Shown here: positions 46,583 to 56,474 of the stretch, piece by piece | Layout of the letters: the number at the start of each line of letters is the position of its first letter | Numbering within the stretch: position 1 is the first letter of the stretch | Source of the DNA: Methanobacteriota archaeon | GTDB lineage: Archaea > Thermoplasmatota > Thermoplasmata > SG8-5 > JAGLSY01 | DNA: 64,000 bases | Direction of reading: 5' to 3' | Assembly (NCBI GenBank): GCA_020697715.1 | Contig: JAEHCO010000003.1 | Location: 32,001 to 96,000 of the forward strand | Program-made: the position numbers and the translations under genes | The notes under the pieces: model-generated | What the model was told of the DNA's origin: nothing | The model's database searches: none | Seen by the model: the letters and a program-made list of their open reading frames with translations, nothing else

Positions 46583-47251
46583 TCATTCCAGCTTGAAGGC
46601 CAGATCCCCGCCCAACTGCTGGATAGCTGCCTGGAACCTGTTCATCTCCTTCACCGTGAGGTGGCAGGATATCTTGATCTTGGAAAGCTTTTCCTTCCTT
46701 TCCAATCCTATGACATTGCAGCTTCCACGCGATCTGCTGACAAGTGTTCTCACTTTCTTCAGATCTGTTGGGTCTGAAAGCTCGAGGACCATGACCGTTG
46801 TTCTTTTTCCTTTCAAGCCCAGGCGCCCCTCCAGTCTTCCCAGGATCACGAGGGACAATATGATGATCGAGGTTACTATGATGGCGAACATGTGCATGCC
46901 GATACCGATGGCCATACCAATTGCGGCGGACATCCAGATGGCGGCAGCCGATGTAAGACCTCTAACATGGCCTTTCGCGAACATGATGGTTCCCGCACCG
47001 ATGAATCCCACTCCGGTTATTATCTGGGCGGCCACTCTGCTGGGCTCATTGGAATATGTATAAAGATCTGTGAATGCGATGCTGATGATGGTGAAAAGTG
47101 TGGCTCCAGTGCATATCAGCATGTAGGTCTTGATACCTGCTGGCTTCTCCTTCAGCTCTCGTTCCAGTCCGATCAAGCTGCCGCATATGATGGCCAATAA
47201 TATCTTTGGCAGGTATACGGTTACCAGCTCTTCCATTGGGATCAACATCAT
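46583..47251 (-). CDS. MgtC/SapB family protein
   Basis: IGLERE...PAGIKTY, SRVAAQIITGVGFIGAG and GLTSAAAIW motifs; start 47251 or 47236. Confidence 0.9.
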   Translation of the reverse strand: MMLIPMEELVTVYLPKILLAIICGSLIGLERELKEKPAGIKTYMLICTGATLFTIISIAFTDLYTYSNEPSRVAAQIITGVGFIGAGTIMFAKGHVRGLTSAAAIWMSAAIGMAIGIGMHMFAIIVTSIIILSLVILGRLEGRLGLKGKRTTVMVLELSDPTDLKKVRTLVSRSRGSCNVIGLERKEKLSKIKISCHLTVKEMNRFQAAIQQLGGDLAFKLE

Positions 47252-47390
47252 CACTTCATATGTAGGGTGGTATATAAATGGATTTCGAGTGTATGAGGGG
47301 ATATGGGACATTAGTCTCTCTGTTTGATTGGGTAATAAGTTTCTCTGTGCATGGGAAAATATAATAAATAACCAGCCTATGGTCATCGTA

Positions 47391-47918
47391 ATGTCAGAGG
47401 CTATGGTAAAGGGTGATCTGATCCTCAAAGTTCTAGAGCACGTATCAAATAAAAGAGGTAAAGATAGCCTGGTCAAGATCGGTGTAGACCCTTCAGGATA
47501 CTTGATAGAGAAATGGTATCCTATCTCTGATTTTCTTTCTCTTATCTCAAAGATCGATGATGCTTATGGTGATGGTGATGGCTCAAAGGCCATAGCCAGT
47601 CGCATTGGCTATGAGATCATGAAGTTCGATTTCAGATGGCAAATGCTCTTCAGGGGCAAGGATCCCAAGGATGTATTCACCAGCACGAAGAGACAGGATG
47701 GCCAGTACCGTGGCGGTAGGTTCGAAGCCTCGGCCACCGAAGATAAGAAGGTGACCATAATTTTGAGAGAGTGGCCCAATGACATGGTCTGGTATGAATT
47801 TTACAAGGGGCGGTTACAGGCGGTCCTGGAATTAACTGGCAACACCGGTATTGTGGATATAACCTGCATCGAACTGGATGATGAACCCACCTGCACTTAT
47901 GACATAATATGGGAATGA
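47391..47918 (+). CDS. hypothetical protein, V4R/HNOB-like fold (tentative)
   Basis: VKG..I, WYP, IGY, F.KGRL..VLE and C.....TC.Y.I.W pattern. Confidence 0.5.
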   Translation: MSEAMVKGDLILKVLEHVSNKRGKDSLVKIGVDPSGYLIEKWYPISDFLSLISKIDDAYGDGDGSKAIASRIGYEIMKFDFRWQMLFRGKDPKDVFTSTKRQDGQYRGGRFEASATEDKKVTIILREWPNDMVWYEFYKGRLQAVLELTGNTGIVDITCIELDDEPTCTYDIIWE

Positions 47919-47922
47919 TGAC

Positions 47923-48501
47923 ATGAACCCTGAAGATCTATTGGAGTTGATGAGCAGAAGGCGCACTCTCAGGAACTTCACTGATAAAGAAGTGGCTTCT
48001 GAAAGTATTGACAGGATAGTCCAAGCCAGTACCCTTTCTCCATCTGGCGCTGATAAGCTTCCCTTCATCACCATCAAGATCCTTGATCCCGATGCCAGAG
48101 CCAAGATACGCAAGGCTTCGGAGAAAGCAGATAGGGAATTCCATGAGAATTGTGATCCCAAACTGAAGAAATGGTTCGATGCCAAAGGCATAGATCACAG
48201 GAAGGAATTCCTAACCAAGGCTCCATTGCTTCTTGTAATTGCCGGGGATACCACCAAACCATACTGGAGGGAATCGACTTGGCTTTCCATCGCCTATATG
48301 CTGATGGCGATCGAATCTGAGGATTTGGGCACGGTCACTTACACTCCTTCAGATACAAGCTTCCTGAACCAACTGCTTGACATGCCTCAGAATTTCAAAG
48401 CCGAGGTCATATTGCCAGTTGGTCATCCTGCGGAAACCTTGCCTGATAAAAAGGCAAGGGTCACTGGGAAGGTATTTGATGAGAAGTATGCGGGTGAGTA
48501 A
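47923..48501 (+). CDS. nitroreductase family protein (iodotyrosine deiodinase-like)
   Basis: RRRTLRNF, SPSG, FL.KAP, ES.W.S and LPVGHP motifs. Confidence 0.85.
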   Translation: MNPEDLLELMSRRRTLRNFTDKEVASESIDRIVQASTLSPSGADKLPFITIKILDPDARAKIRKASEKADREFHENCDPKLKKWFDAKGIDHRKEFLTKAPLLLVIAGDTTKPYWRESTWLSIAYMLMAIESEDLGTVTYTPSDTSFLNQLLDMPQNFKAEVILPVGHPAETLPDKKARVTGKVFDEKYAGE

Positions 48502-48545
48502 ACTGGGAAGTAAACTGAAAAGTTGACTTCCCCGGAGATGAATGA

Positions 48546-48974
48546 ATGGATTATCTGGTAAAAGCATTGACAGTCTGGTTCATTGGTTTTTTCCCCTATT
48601 TTGAAATATACTTGGCTGTTCCAGCAGGCTTCGCATTAGGAATGGATCCAATATCGATCATATTCTGGTCATCTTTTGGTAATTGCGCTCCTATCTTCTT
48701 GATAAATTATCTGCATTCGCAAGCGATCAAGAATGAGCGAGTGAATGGCTGGCTCTCAAAACTCACATCCGAGAAATTGAAGAGTAGAGTTGATAAATAT
48801 GGTATCTGGTTCATTCTGCTCGGAACTCCTTGGACCGGAGTTTGGACCATGATGATCACAATGAAGGTGTTCCAAATGGATGAAAGAAAACTTATTTTGT
48901 ATTCGATCATAAGCATAGTTGTCTATGCCATCGTCATCACTGTGCTCATCGCCATGGGGATCGAGATGGCATGA
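48546..48974 (+). CDS. small multi-drug export family membrane protein
   Basis: P.FEIYLAVP.G, GN and KYG...L...P.TGVW motifs. Confidence 0.75.
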   Translation: MDYLVKALTVWFIGFFPYFEIYLAVPAGFALGMDPISIIFWSSFGNCAPIFLINYLHSQAIKNERVNGWLSKLTSEKLKSRVDKYGIWFILLGTPWTGVWTMMITMKVFQMDERKLILYSIISIVVYAIVITVLIAMGIEMA

Positions 48975-49050
48975 GTGGATGGCATGGCATGATGTCATAA
49001 GTGAATAGCATGGCGTGATGGCATAAGGGAATAGCATGGCATAATGGGAT
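48965..49050 (+). repeat. degenerate 26-bp tandem repeat (about 3.5 copies)
   Basis: GCATGGCRTGATGKCATAAGKGAATA units start at 48982 and 49008, with partial units at 49034 and ~48965. Confidence 0.65.
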
Positions 49051-49092
49051 GACTTGAGATATTATTGCCCTTGATCTTGCTCCCGCAACGGC

Positions 49093-50472
49093 TCACACCA
49101 ATGGTCTAGGAATGGTCATGGCCTCAAAGACATTCATGGCCATATTGTCCGTCATCAATGCGATATAATCTCGTACCATCATCACGATGTTGAAGTTCAT
49201 AATATAATCATCATTCATCTCTGAAAGGAATGGCAATATGGAATTGATCCGGTCATTATCCTGCTTGATATTCTCGCGGATGATGATGAGTTTTAATTTC
49301 CTTATATTGTCCTGGTCTCCATCAATGTCCTTTTCCAGTTCTTTCAGGGTCGCGTGCTCGAGATTTATACCATTGTCCGTTGTCACTTTGCCATGAAAAT
49401 CCATAAGGCTGGCCTGTATGGTCTTTGGCATTTCCAGGGACTCCAGCTCTTCCATGAAGGAATAGAACATCTTCCTAAGCATGTTCTCTGTTTGCTCCTC
49501 ATATCTTAGATTTTCCGGATTCATGTATATCCTGGGATAATTGAAATCATGGACAAGTGAATTAAGAGCGTCCTTGACTGGCCAGCTAAGTTTTATGGAT
49601 ATCTCATGCCTGGCGGGATCTCTGCCATTCTCCGAAACGAATTGCTCTCTATCCCATCTGAAATTGACAATGATATCCTTGACAAGGGTATCGATGATCT
49701 GCCCATTCGTTGTGCCGAGAACATCCGTGATCTCCTTTGGGATGTCCTCTTCCTTGATTATGCCAGCTTTGGCCGCATCCTCGATATCTTTTCTGGCATA
49801 TGCGATCCTGTCACATATCTTGACCAGACATCCTTCAAGGGTTGCGGGGCTCATTGAATCTTCATGTTTCTTGTCCTCAATAAGTTCCATTGGTCTGAAC
49901 TCGCTCTCGGTGGTCTCACCGCAATGCGAAATGATACCATCCAGTACTTCCCATGAAAGATTAAGTCCATTTCCATCTTTCTCCAGAACTTCAAGGACAT
50001 GGACACTCTGGACATTATGCTCGAAGCCCTTATCTCCATGTTCTTTGCATAATTCGTCGAGAACCTTCTCCCCTCTATGGCCAAAGGGCGGATGTCCGAT
50101 ATCATGCCCCAGCCCTATTGCCTCGGCTAGATCCTCATTCAGGCCCAATGATCGGGATATCGATCTTGCGAGATGAGCGACATGCATCGTGTGTGTCATC
50201 CTATTGCTTACCAGTGGACTACGAGGGGACATGAAGACCTGGGTCTTTCCAGCCAATCTAAAAAAGGCCTTGGAGTACAGTATCCTATCACGATCTATTG
50301 AAAAAGGGCTTCGATGTTCACCCGCATCTGATGTTTCCTGTACCTTACGCCCAAGTGAGCTGGTGCTGGGCGTGGCATAATTGGTATTCATACTGGCTTC
50401 TTCTTTCATAAAAGAATGTGATTCTATCTCTTCCAGTATTCTTTTCCTTTCCTTATCTGGTATGCGCTTCAC
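49093..50472 (-). CDS. dGTP triphosphohydrolase-like HD-domain protein
   Basis: RSPF.IDRDRI.YS.AF.RL.GKTQVF, RMTH, GHDIGHPPFGH.GE, FEHN and DRIAY...DIED motifs. Confidence 0.88.
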   Translation of the reverse strand: MKRIPDKERKRILEEIESHSFMKEEASMNTNYATPSTSSLGRKVQETSDAGEHRSPFSIDRDRILYSKAFFRLAGKTQVFMSPRSPLVSNRMTHTMHVAHLARSISRSLGLNEDLAEAIGLGHDIGHPPFGHRGEKVLDELCKEHGDKGFEHNVQSVHVLEVLEKDGNGLNLSWEVLDGIISHCGETTESEFRPMELIEDKKHEDSMSPATLEGCLVKICDRIAYARKDIEDAAKAGIIKEEDIPKEITDVLGTTNGQIIDTLVKDIIVNFRWDREQFVSENGRDPARHEISIKLSWPVKDALNSLVHDFNYPRIYMNPENLRYEEQTENMLRKMFYSFMEELESLEMPKTIQASLMDFHGKVTTDNGINLEHATLKELEKDIDGDQDNIRKLKLIIIRENIKQDNDRINSILPFLSEMNDDYIMNFNIVMMVRDYIALMTDNMAMNVFEAMTIPRPLV

Positions 50473-50594
50473 AATGGTGTGTAAGCCAATGGTTGATTTA
50501 AGATTTACTAATGTAATAGTTACCAGGAGTTACCAGGCCTTGAAAGCCTGGTATTTCCAATTGTATGGATATTGCCCTATACCGATGCCTCAGA

Positions 50595-50828
50595 TCATTT
50601 TGCTTCAAATGCCTTTTGTGGACATGTGGAAGAATCTGCGGATGCCATTCTCTCTCCCGCTATCTGGCATGAGCCGCTGACATCGTCCTTGGCTTCGTAG
50701 TGCTTGCATTCGGCGCAGGTCTTCTTTCTCACTGCTTCCTTTGTTCCATCTACACCTTTCTTACCAAGGTCAACACCCTTGTCCAGTCCTTTCTTGGTCG
50801 CATCTTTTGCTTTGTCAAATATTCCCAT
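50595..50828 (-). CDS. small protein: amphipathic Lys-rich N-terminus plus 4-Cys C-terminal domain
   Basis: MGIFDKAKDATKKG repeats; CAEC...C...C; GGTGA RBS. Confidence 0.65.
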   Translation of the reverse strand: MGIFDKAKDATKKGLDKGVDLGKKGVDGTKEAVRKKTCAECKHYEAKDDVSGSCQIAGERMASADSSTCPQKAFEAK

Positions 50829-50895
50829 AATTTCACCTTATCATAGGTATTGTATTATTCTAATTAAGTCTATTGACTATTTAATTAAAAATGAA

Positions 50896-50931
50896 AAAAA
50901 GGAAATGGGGGCGCGGTAGGTATCCGCGCCC
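50896..50931 (-). terminator. hairpin plus T-tract terminator of the 50953..56226 gene
   Basis: GGGCGCGG-7-CCGCGCCC followed on the minus strand by CCATTTCCTTTTTTT. Confidence 0.65.
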
Positions 50932-50952
50932 ATTCTTTCGCTCGCCGAGTAT

Positions 50953-53900
50953 CTATTCGATGGAATCTTCTAGTGACTCGGTCTGTTCTGGCTCGACTAC
51001 TGGTGTTTCCTCTACGGGATCTTCCTGTGCCGGTGCTGCTTCTGGTTTCTTGCCCTTCTTCATGAAGATCAAAGCACCCACAACAGCAACAACTACGAGC
51101 AGGATGATGATCCAGAGATAACTGCTTGCGCCGTCATCTGTATCGTCATCTACTGTGTCATCATCAGCATTGTCGCCAATGCCGTCACCATCAGTGTCCG
51201 TTGTCTCAGTAGCATCATTCGGGAATGCGTCTGCAACGTCGCCTACGCCGTCACCGTCTGTGTCTGTTGTTTCGGTAGCATCGTTCGGGAATGCATCTGC
51301 GACATCGCCTACGCCGTCACCGTCTGTGTCCGTTGTTTCGGTAGCATCGTCCGGGAATGCGTCTGCAACGTCGCCTACGCCGTCACCATCAGTGTCTGTT
51401 GTTTCGGTAGCATCGTCCGGGAATTCATCCGCAACATCGCCTACGCCGTCACCATCAGTGTCTGTGGTCTCAGTAGCATCATCCGGGAATGCATCTGCAT
51501 TGTCACCAGTGCCATCACCATCTGTATCAACAGTTTCGGTTTCGTCCAATGGGAAAGCATCCGCGGTGTCGTTCACACCATCGCCGTCGTCATCTGTGTC
51601 TACGATGTCTGCGAGGCCATCACCGTCTGTGTCGAGCATGACATCGACGGTCATATTGTCCTCACTGGTGTTATTAGCTCCATCCATCACGGTCAGGTAG
51701 ACTGTGTAGTTACCAGCAACTGTGAAGTTGTAGTAAGGTGCCATTCCATACAGAGTTATGTTCGAGTCCTCACCCAATGGGTCTACTGCATCGGTTCCAG
51801 ATGAGACAATGCTGTCGGTCACAATGGTCCATGTGTAGTTCACAGCATTGACTGAGCCAGTTCCATCGAAGGTGACATTGGTTCCCTCAACAACGACCTG
51901 GTCTGTACCTGCATCTGCCATTGGGGCACTAGCGGTCACATTGACCAACATCGTGTCCGTGTGGTAGTTTCCATAGGCATCTGTCACATTGAGCGTGACT
52001 ACAAAGACACCGGCATTGTCGAAGGTGTATGTTGGTGCAGCTCCGTACAGCGTCTGTGCATCCACATCTGTGAATGTCCATGTGTAGTTGACTATGACGC
52101 CATTGTCTGTAGATGCGGATTCATCGAAGGTAACCTCATCACCATTGTCTATGCTCTGGTCAGCTCCTGCATCGGCTATTGGTGCAGTTTCATCGCCAGT
52201 GCTGAAGGTGATATTCGTTTCACCCAATGGATTTCCTGCTAGGTCGAAGAATGCTCCAGTCATGTTCCAGTAATAGTCTGTCAGATCCCCAAGCATTGTG
52301 TAATTCACGACCACTATCGTATTTCCAGCACTCCATGATGCATTGTTGCCGTCAATTAGTACATTTGAGTTTCCACCTGTAATGGTGCCCAGATCTATTG
52401 GCTCACTGAACTCTATGGTGATGTTTCCATCGGTAACAGATACATTAGTTGCTCCAAATATATTGGTTGTTCCATCTGCTAGTGTTGCTGATACTATGGT
52501 TGGTGATGTAGTATCCAATCCTGCTGATGTGTCTGCTCCTGCGGGTGCGGCTTCAATTAGGCCAAACAGGTCTGTGGCTATTGAATAGAATTCATAGTCA
52601 CCCTCTCCAGCTGGGAAATCGAAACTCCATGACCAAGGAGACATATTGTCTGTTCCAAAGGATGTCCATGCACCACCATCGAAGCTATAGAACAATTCGA
52701 CAGTATCCATACCACTGGTATCATCGTTTGCAGTTGCGGTTATGGTCAATGGGCTTGTTGTCTGCCAGTAGGTTCCAATAGCATCTACGGATGATGTAGG
52801 TTCAACTGTATCCAATTGTGCAGATGTATCTGCCACTCCAGGTGCTGTTTCCACAAGGCTTGCATTGTCAGTTGCTATTGAATAGAATTCATAGCTTCCG
52901 TCATTGTCTGGGTAGTTGAAATTCCATGACCATGGCATCGCATTATCTACACCAAAGGATGTCCATGCACCCCAGGTCGCGCCATCTGCGGCGTATCTGT
53001 AGAACAGTTCCACGCTGGCAACACCGCTGCCTGTATCACTTGCAGTTGCGGTTATTGTCAATGGAGTTGCTACTGTGTAACCATATGGACTGATCGCGTC
53101 AACACCAGATATTGGGTCTGTGAAGTCCCCGGTGGTGAGGTTGAACACTGTTGATCCTGCTAGTGCATTACCTGCAATATCCTGGTGTCCCTGTGACCAG
53201 ATACTGACATAGTAATCAGTATCTTCAGCCAAAACATTGTATGTTATGTTGAACCACATATCATTTGCACTCCATCCAAATCCTGAAGTTGGCAGATCTG
53301 TAGCAAAGCCATTGATGGAACTGTCCATTGGTTCGCTGAACTCGATAGAGTATGTTCCTGCAGTTGTAGCCACATCTATTGCATCATCTACTGGGTTTGT
53401 TGATATTACTGTTGGATCTGTCTCATCAGCAGTTGTGAAAGCCTTTGTAAGATCTCCAGTCGCTGCGTTTGCAGATGTGTCTGCGAAGTTGCTGAAGGTC
53501 AGGGTGTATGTTGTTTCTTCATCCCATGTCATTCCCGAGTATGTGTATACTTGGCTAGATCCAGACCATGCCCAGCTTCCTGCGACAAGTGGTGCAGGTA
53601 CTATATTGACAGTTCCTACCCCTTCATTCATTGCCTCATCCCAGTTGGCAACGAAGCTCGTACCTGTTGCCACATCTGACACTCCATCATTTGGTGTTGT
53701 GGTTGCTATAGATGGGTCTGTAAAGTCACCTGTTGTGAAGGTGATGTTCATATCGCCACCCAATGGGTTTCCTGCCATATCTGCAATTCCCGATCCAGTC
53801 ATGTCGAGGTAATATGTCGTCTGATCTGCTAGTGCATCGTATGTAATGTTTGCCCACATGCCTGTCGCATCCAATCCACCATTAGAGTTTGGCAGATTGT

Positions 53901-56226
53901 CTGTTGGTGTTACTGAGACAGTCACTGGCTCACTGAGCTCGATGATCATTACTCCACTGGCTACACTTACATTGACGGCTCCATCTGCTGGTGTCACGCT
54001 GATTATTGTTGGTGCAGTCTCATCAGCAGTTGTGAATGTCTTTACAAGGTCTCCAGTCGCTGCGTTCGCAGATGTATCCGCGAAGTTGCTGAAGGTCAGG
54101 GTGTATGTTGTCTCTTCATCCCAGGTCATTCCAGAGTATGTGTATATCTGGCTAGCTCCGGACCATACCCAGCTTCCTGCGACAAGTGGTGCAGGCACTA
54201 TATTGACAGTTCCCACTCCTTCATTCATTGTCTCATTCCAGCCGGCAACAAAATTCGTACCTGTTGCCACATCTACTGCGCCATCAATTAGTGTTGTGAA
54301 TGATATGGCTGGACCTGTCTCGTCAGCAGTTGTGAACTGTATGTCGATCGGTGTTCCCGATAGCGCATTTCCTGCTGTATCCAGACCTCCTGTGATGGTA
54401 AATGTGTAAGATGTCTGTTCTGCGAAGTCAGTTATGTGGCTCATTGTCATAACTGTGTTTCCGACACTCCATACTCTAGACCAGCCACCTGGATCTGGTG
54501 TGCATGTATAAGTTACTGGATTCTGCATCGGTTCATCGAATGTTATCACAATATCTGCATTTGTCGCAACACTGGTCGCCGTATTTATTGGAACTGATGA
54601 TTGCATAGTTGGAGCTGTGGCATCAAGTGCATAAGGTCCTAATTCCGCATCTGCAAAGACTGTTGGTAATGGGTCACCAACACTACCGCCATCCAAACAA
54701 GCGCAGAAATAATAGTCATCATCTGCTGGCAATGCACTTCCTGGTGTCCATACTTCTGTTGTTGGAGAAGCTACTGCCGGAGCAATATCATTTCCCCAGA
54801 GTGTCCATGGACCTCCAGCTGCACCGCCTTGCCAGTAGTAAATATCTACAAGAGCAGGATCAAGCTGATGATCGTATGATATGTCTGGTGTGGCATCTGT
54901 GCCTGATGTTGCTGGTGTTGTTGCAGATACTGTCGCTCCTTGAACAGGTACTGCTGCAGGAATCTGGAAGTCGATGGTCTCTCCACCGCCACCTACGAAG
55001 GTGAATATCTGATCTGCTGGAAGGTATGTGCCATCGCCCTGTGCTACTGCACCTTGGACACCGCACCATCCATCCTGGGATGCGAAGTTGAATCCGCTGC
55101 CGTCAACATAGATCTTGTAGTTCACACCTGCTCCACCGGGCTGTCCTGCTGCCATGGTGTCTGCAAGATATGCAAATCCAATATTTGCATCATCAACTGA
55201 TGCAAATCCATTCATGCCGCCATCACTGTAAACATAAACAGTGTCTGTGGCATCATCTGGCCAGTATAGATGATCATAATCTGTATCAACTGAGATATAA
55301 ACTGAAAAAGTAGCTGCTGTCTCAGTCGTCAACTGTGTGACGCCATCTGGCTGGTATACCCATGCGGCCCATCCATATGGAAGGCCCCATGATTTGGCTG
55401 CTGAGTCTATGATATATGGTCCTGCCTCTGCATCACCAGCAACTGTTGGTGCTGCTTCATCTGGTGTCTGTACATACCAGCTGTATGTTCCATCTGCCAA
55501 TACCGGCATTGTGAATGGGCTGGTTGCTGGGCTGTCTGTTCCTTGGTTCGTCCAGGAAGCTCCATTCCATGACCAAACATCCACGGATGCTGGTGCACCC
55601 GCGTCTATGGTGTATGTTATATCTGGTGTGTTGTAGCCAGATGTTCCTGTTGGGCCTGTTGCAGATGCTTCTGCAGCTACAGGACCTGAGCCTGGAACCT
55701 GGAAGTTGACGGTCTCTCCACCGCCACCTACGAAGGTGAATATCTGATCTGCTGGGAGATATGTGCCATCGCCCTGTGCTACTGCACCTTGGACACCACA
55801 CCATCCATCCTGGGATGCGAAGTTGAATCCGCTGCCGTCAACATAGATCTTGTAGTTCACACCTGCTCCACCAGGTTGTCCTGCTGCCATTGTATCTGCA
55901 ATATATGCAAATCCAATATTTGCATCATCTATTGGTGCAAATGCATTCATTCCACCATCGCTGTAAACATATACTGTATCCGCGGCATCATCTGGCCAGT
56001 AAAGGCCGTCTGTGTCCTCGTCAACAGAGATATATACAGCAAAGGTTGCTGCTGTCTCAGTCGTCAACTGTGTAGTGCCGTCTGGCTGGTATACCCATGC
56101 GGCCCAACCATATGGGAGCCCCCAGGAATCTATAGATTCATGCTCAGGAGCAGCCATCGCAAAGACGCTGAATGTCATCAAGACCATTCCAAGCGCTACA
56201 AAAGTCGCTAATATTTTCTTGTTCAT
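50953..56226 (-). CDS. very large surface protein: duplicated N-terminal domain, Ig-like (Big_5-type) repeats, PKD domains, thrombospondin type-3-like repeats, TM anchor
   Basis: Signal peptide MNKKIL...; P.....P.D.A.DV...I.F.EPM...D.AGN units; P.ADAG.DQ...FD...Y.WT (PKD); D.DGDG repeats; TM plus KKGKK. Confidence 0.85.
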   Translation of the reverse strand: MNKKILATFVALGMVLMTFSVFAMAAPEHESIDSWGLPYGWAAWVYQPDGTTQLTTETAATFAVYISVDEDTDGLYWPDDAADTVYVYSDGGMNAFAPIDDANIGFAYIADTMAAGQPGGAGVNYKIYVDGSGFNFASQDGWCGVQGAVAQGDGTYLPADQIFTFVGGGGETVNFQVPGSGPVAAEASATGPTGTSGYNTPDITYTIDAGAPASVDVWSWNGASWTNQGTDSPATSPFTMPVLADGTYSWYVQTPDEAAPTVAGDAEAGPYIIDSAAKSWGLPYGWAAWVYQPDGVTQLTTETAATFSVYISVDTDYDHLYWPDDATDTVYVYSDGGMNGFASVDDANIGFAYLADTMAAGQPGGAGVNYKIYVDGSGFNFASQDGWCGVQGAVAQGDGTYLPADQIFTFVGGGGETIDFQIPAAVPVQGATVSATTPATSGTDATPDISYDHQLDPALVDIYYWQGGAAGGPWTLWGNDIAPAVASPTTEVWTPGSALPADDDYYFCACLDGGSVGDPLPTVFADAELGPYALDATAPTMQSSVPINTATSVATNADIVITFDEPMQNPVTYTCTPDPGGWSRVWSVGNTVMTMSHITDFAEQTSYTFTITGGLDTAGNALSGTPIDIQFTTADETGPAISFTTLIDGAVDVATGTNFVAGWNETMNEGVGTVNIVPAPLVAGSWVWSGASQIYTYSGMTWDEETTYTLTFSNFADTSANAATGDLVKTFTTADETAPTIISVTPADGAVNVSVASGVMIIELSEPVTVSVTPTDNLPNSNGGLDATGMWANITYDALADQTTYYLDMTGSGIADMAGNPLGGDMNITFTTGDFTDPSIATTTPNDGVSDVATGTSFVANWDEAMNEGVGTVNIVPAPLVAGSWAWSGSSQVYTYSGMTWDEETTYTLTFSNFADTSANAATGDLTKAFTTADETDPTVISTNPVDDAIDVATTAGTYSIEFSEPMDSSINGFATDLPTSGFGWSANDMWFNITYNVLAEDTDYYVSIWSQGHQDIAGNALAGSTVFNLTTGDFTDPISGVDAISPYGYTVATPLTITATASDTGSGVASVELFYRYAADGATWGAWTSFGVDNAMPWSWNFNYPDNDGSYEFYSIATDNASLVETAPGVADTSAQLDTVEPTSSVDAIGTYWQTTSPLTITATANDDTSGMDTVELFYSFDGGAWTSFGTDNMSPWSWSFDFPAGEGDYEFYSIATDLFGLIEAAPAGADTSAGLDTTSPTIVSATLADGTTNIFGATNVSVTDGNITIEFSEPIDLGTITGGNSNVLIDGNNASWSAGNTIVVVNYTMLGDLTDYYWNMTGAFFDLAGNPLGETNITFSTGDETAPIADAGADQSIDNGDEVTFDESASTDNGVIVNYTWTFTDVDAQTLYGAAPTYTFDNAGVFVVTLNVTDAYGNYHTDTMLVNVTASAPMADAGTDQVVVEGTNVTFDGTGSVNAVNYTWTIVTDSIVSSGTDAVDPLGEDSNITLYGMAPYYNFTVAGNYTVYLTVMDGANNTSEDNMTVDVMLDTDGDGLADIVDTDDDGDGVNDTADAFPLDETETVDTDGDGTGDNADAFPDDATETTDTDGDGVGDVADEFPDDATETTDTDGDGVGDVADAFPDDATETTDTDGDGVGDVADAFPNDATETTDTDGDGVGDVADAFPNDATETTDTDGDGIGDNADDDTVDDDTDDGASSYLWIIILLVVVAVVGALIFMKKGKKPEAAPAQEDPVEETPVVEPEQTESLEDSIE
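51165..51630 (-). repeat. ~66-bp coding tandem repeat (DGDGVGDVADAFPDDATETTDT) x ~6
   Basis: Near-identical consecutive units in both DNA and protein. Confidence 0.8.
54964..56124 (-). repeat. 426-bp internal duplication (55699-56124 and 54964-55389)
   Basis: The 142-aa unit WGLPYGWAAWVYQPDG...GGGGET..FQ is nearly identical in both copies. Confidence 0.9.
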
Positions 56227-56474
56227 TTTTTCATCTCCTAATATCAAGTTAATTATATTCTGATCTAATTATCATTTATTCCTTATTTGGTTATAGTTAA
56301 GACAACGACAATATCTGCTCATATATAGATTATATGCTTTGTCTTATTACAGCCAATATAAAGCTTTCCTTGGGCATTATATAAATCTTTCTATAATTAT
56401 AAGTACTTATACGTATGTAGATAGGAATACTTACTCTCATGTGTCTAATATTTGGCTACAACGGCTATTTTCTT

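Noticed and set aside
49093-50472. Antiviral dGTPase defence system
   Set aside because: It looks like the common short housekeeping-type HD enzyme and has no defence-gene neighbours
51155-51700. Ser/Pro-rich repeat ORFs on the + strand (also 44156..44665, 34379..34996, 53237..54409)
   Set aside because: These are antisense shadows of repetitive or biased minus-strand genes
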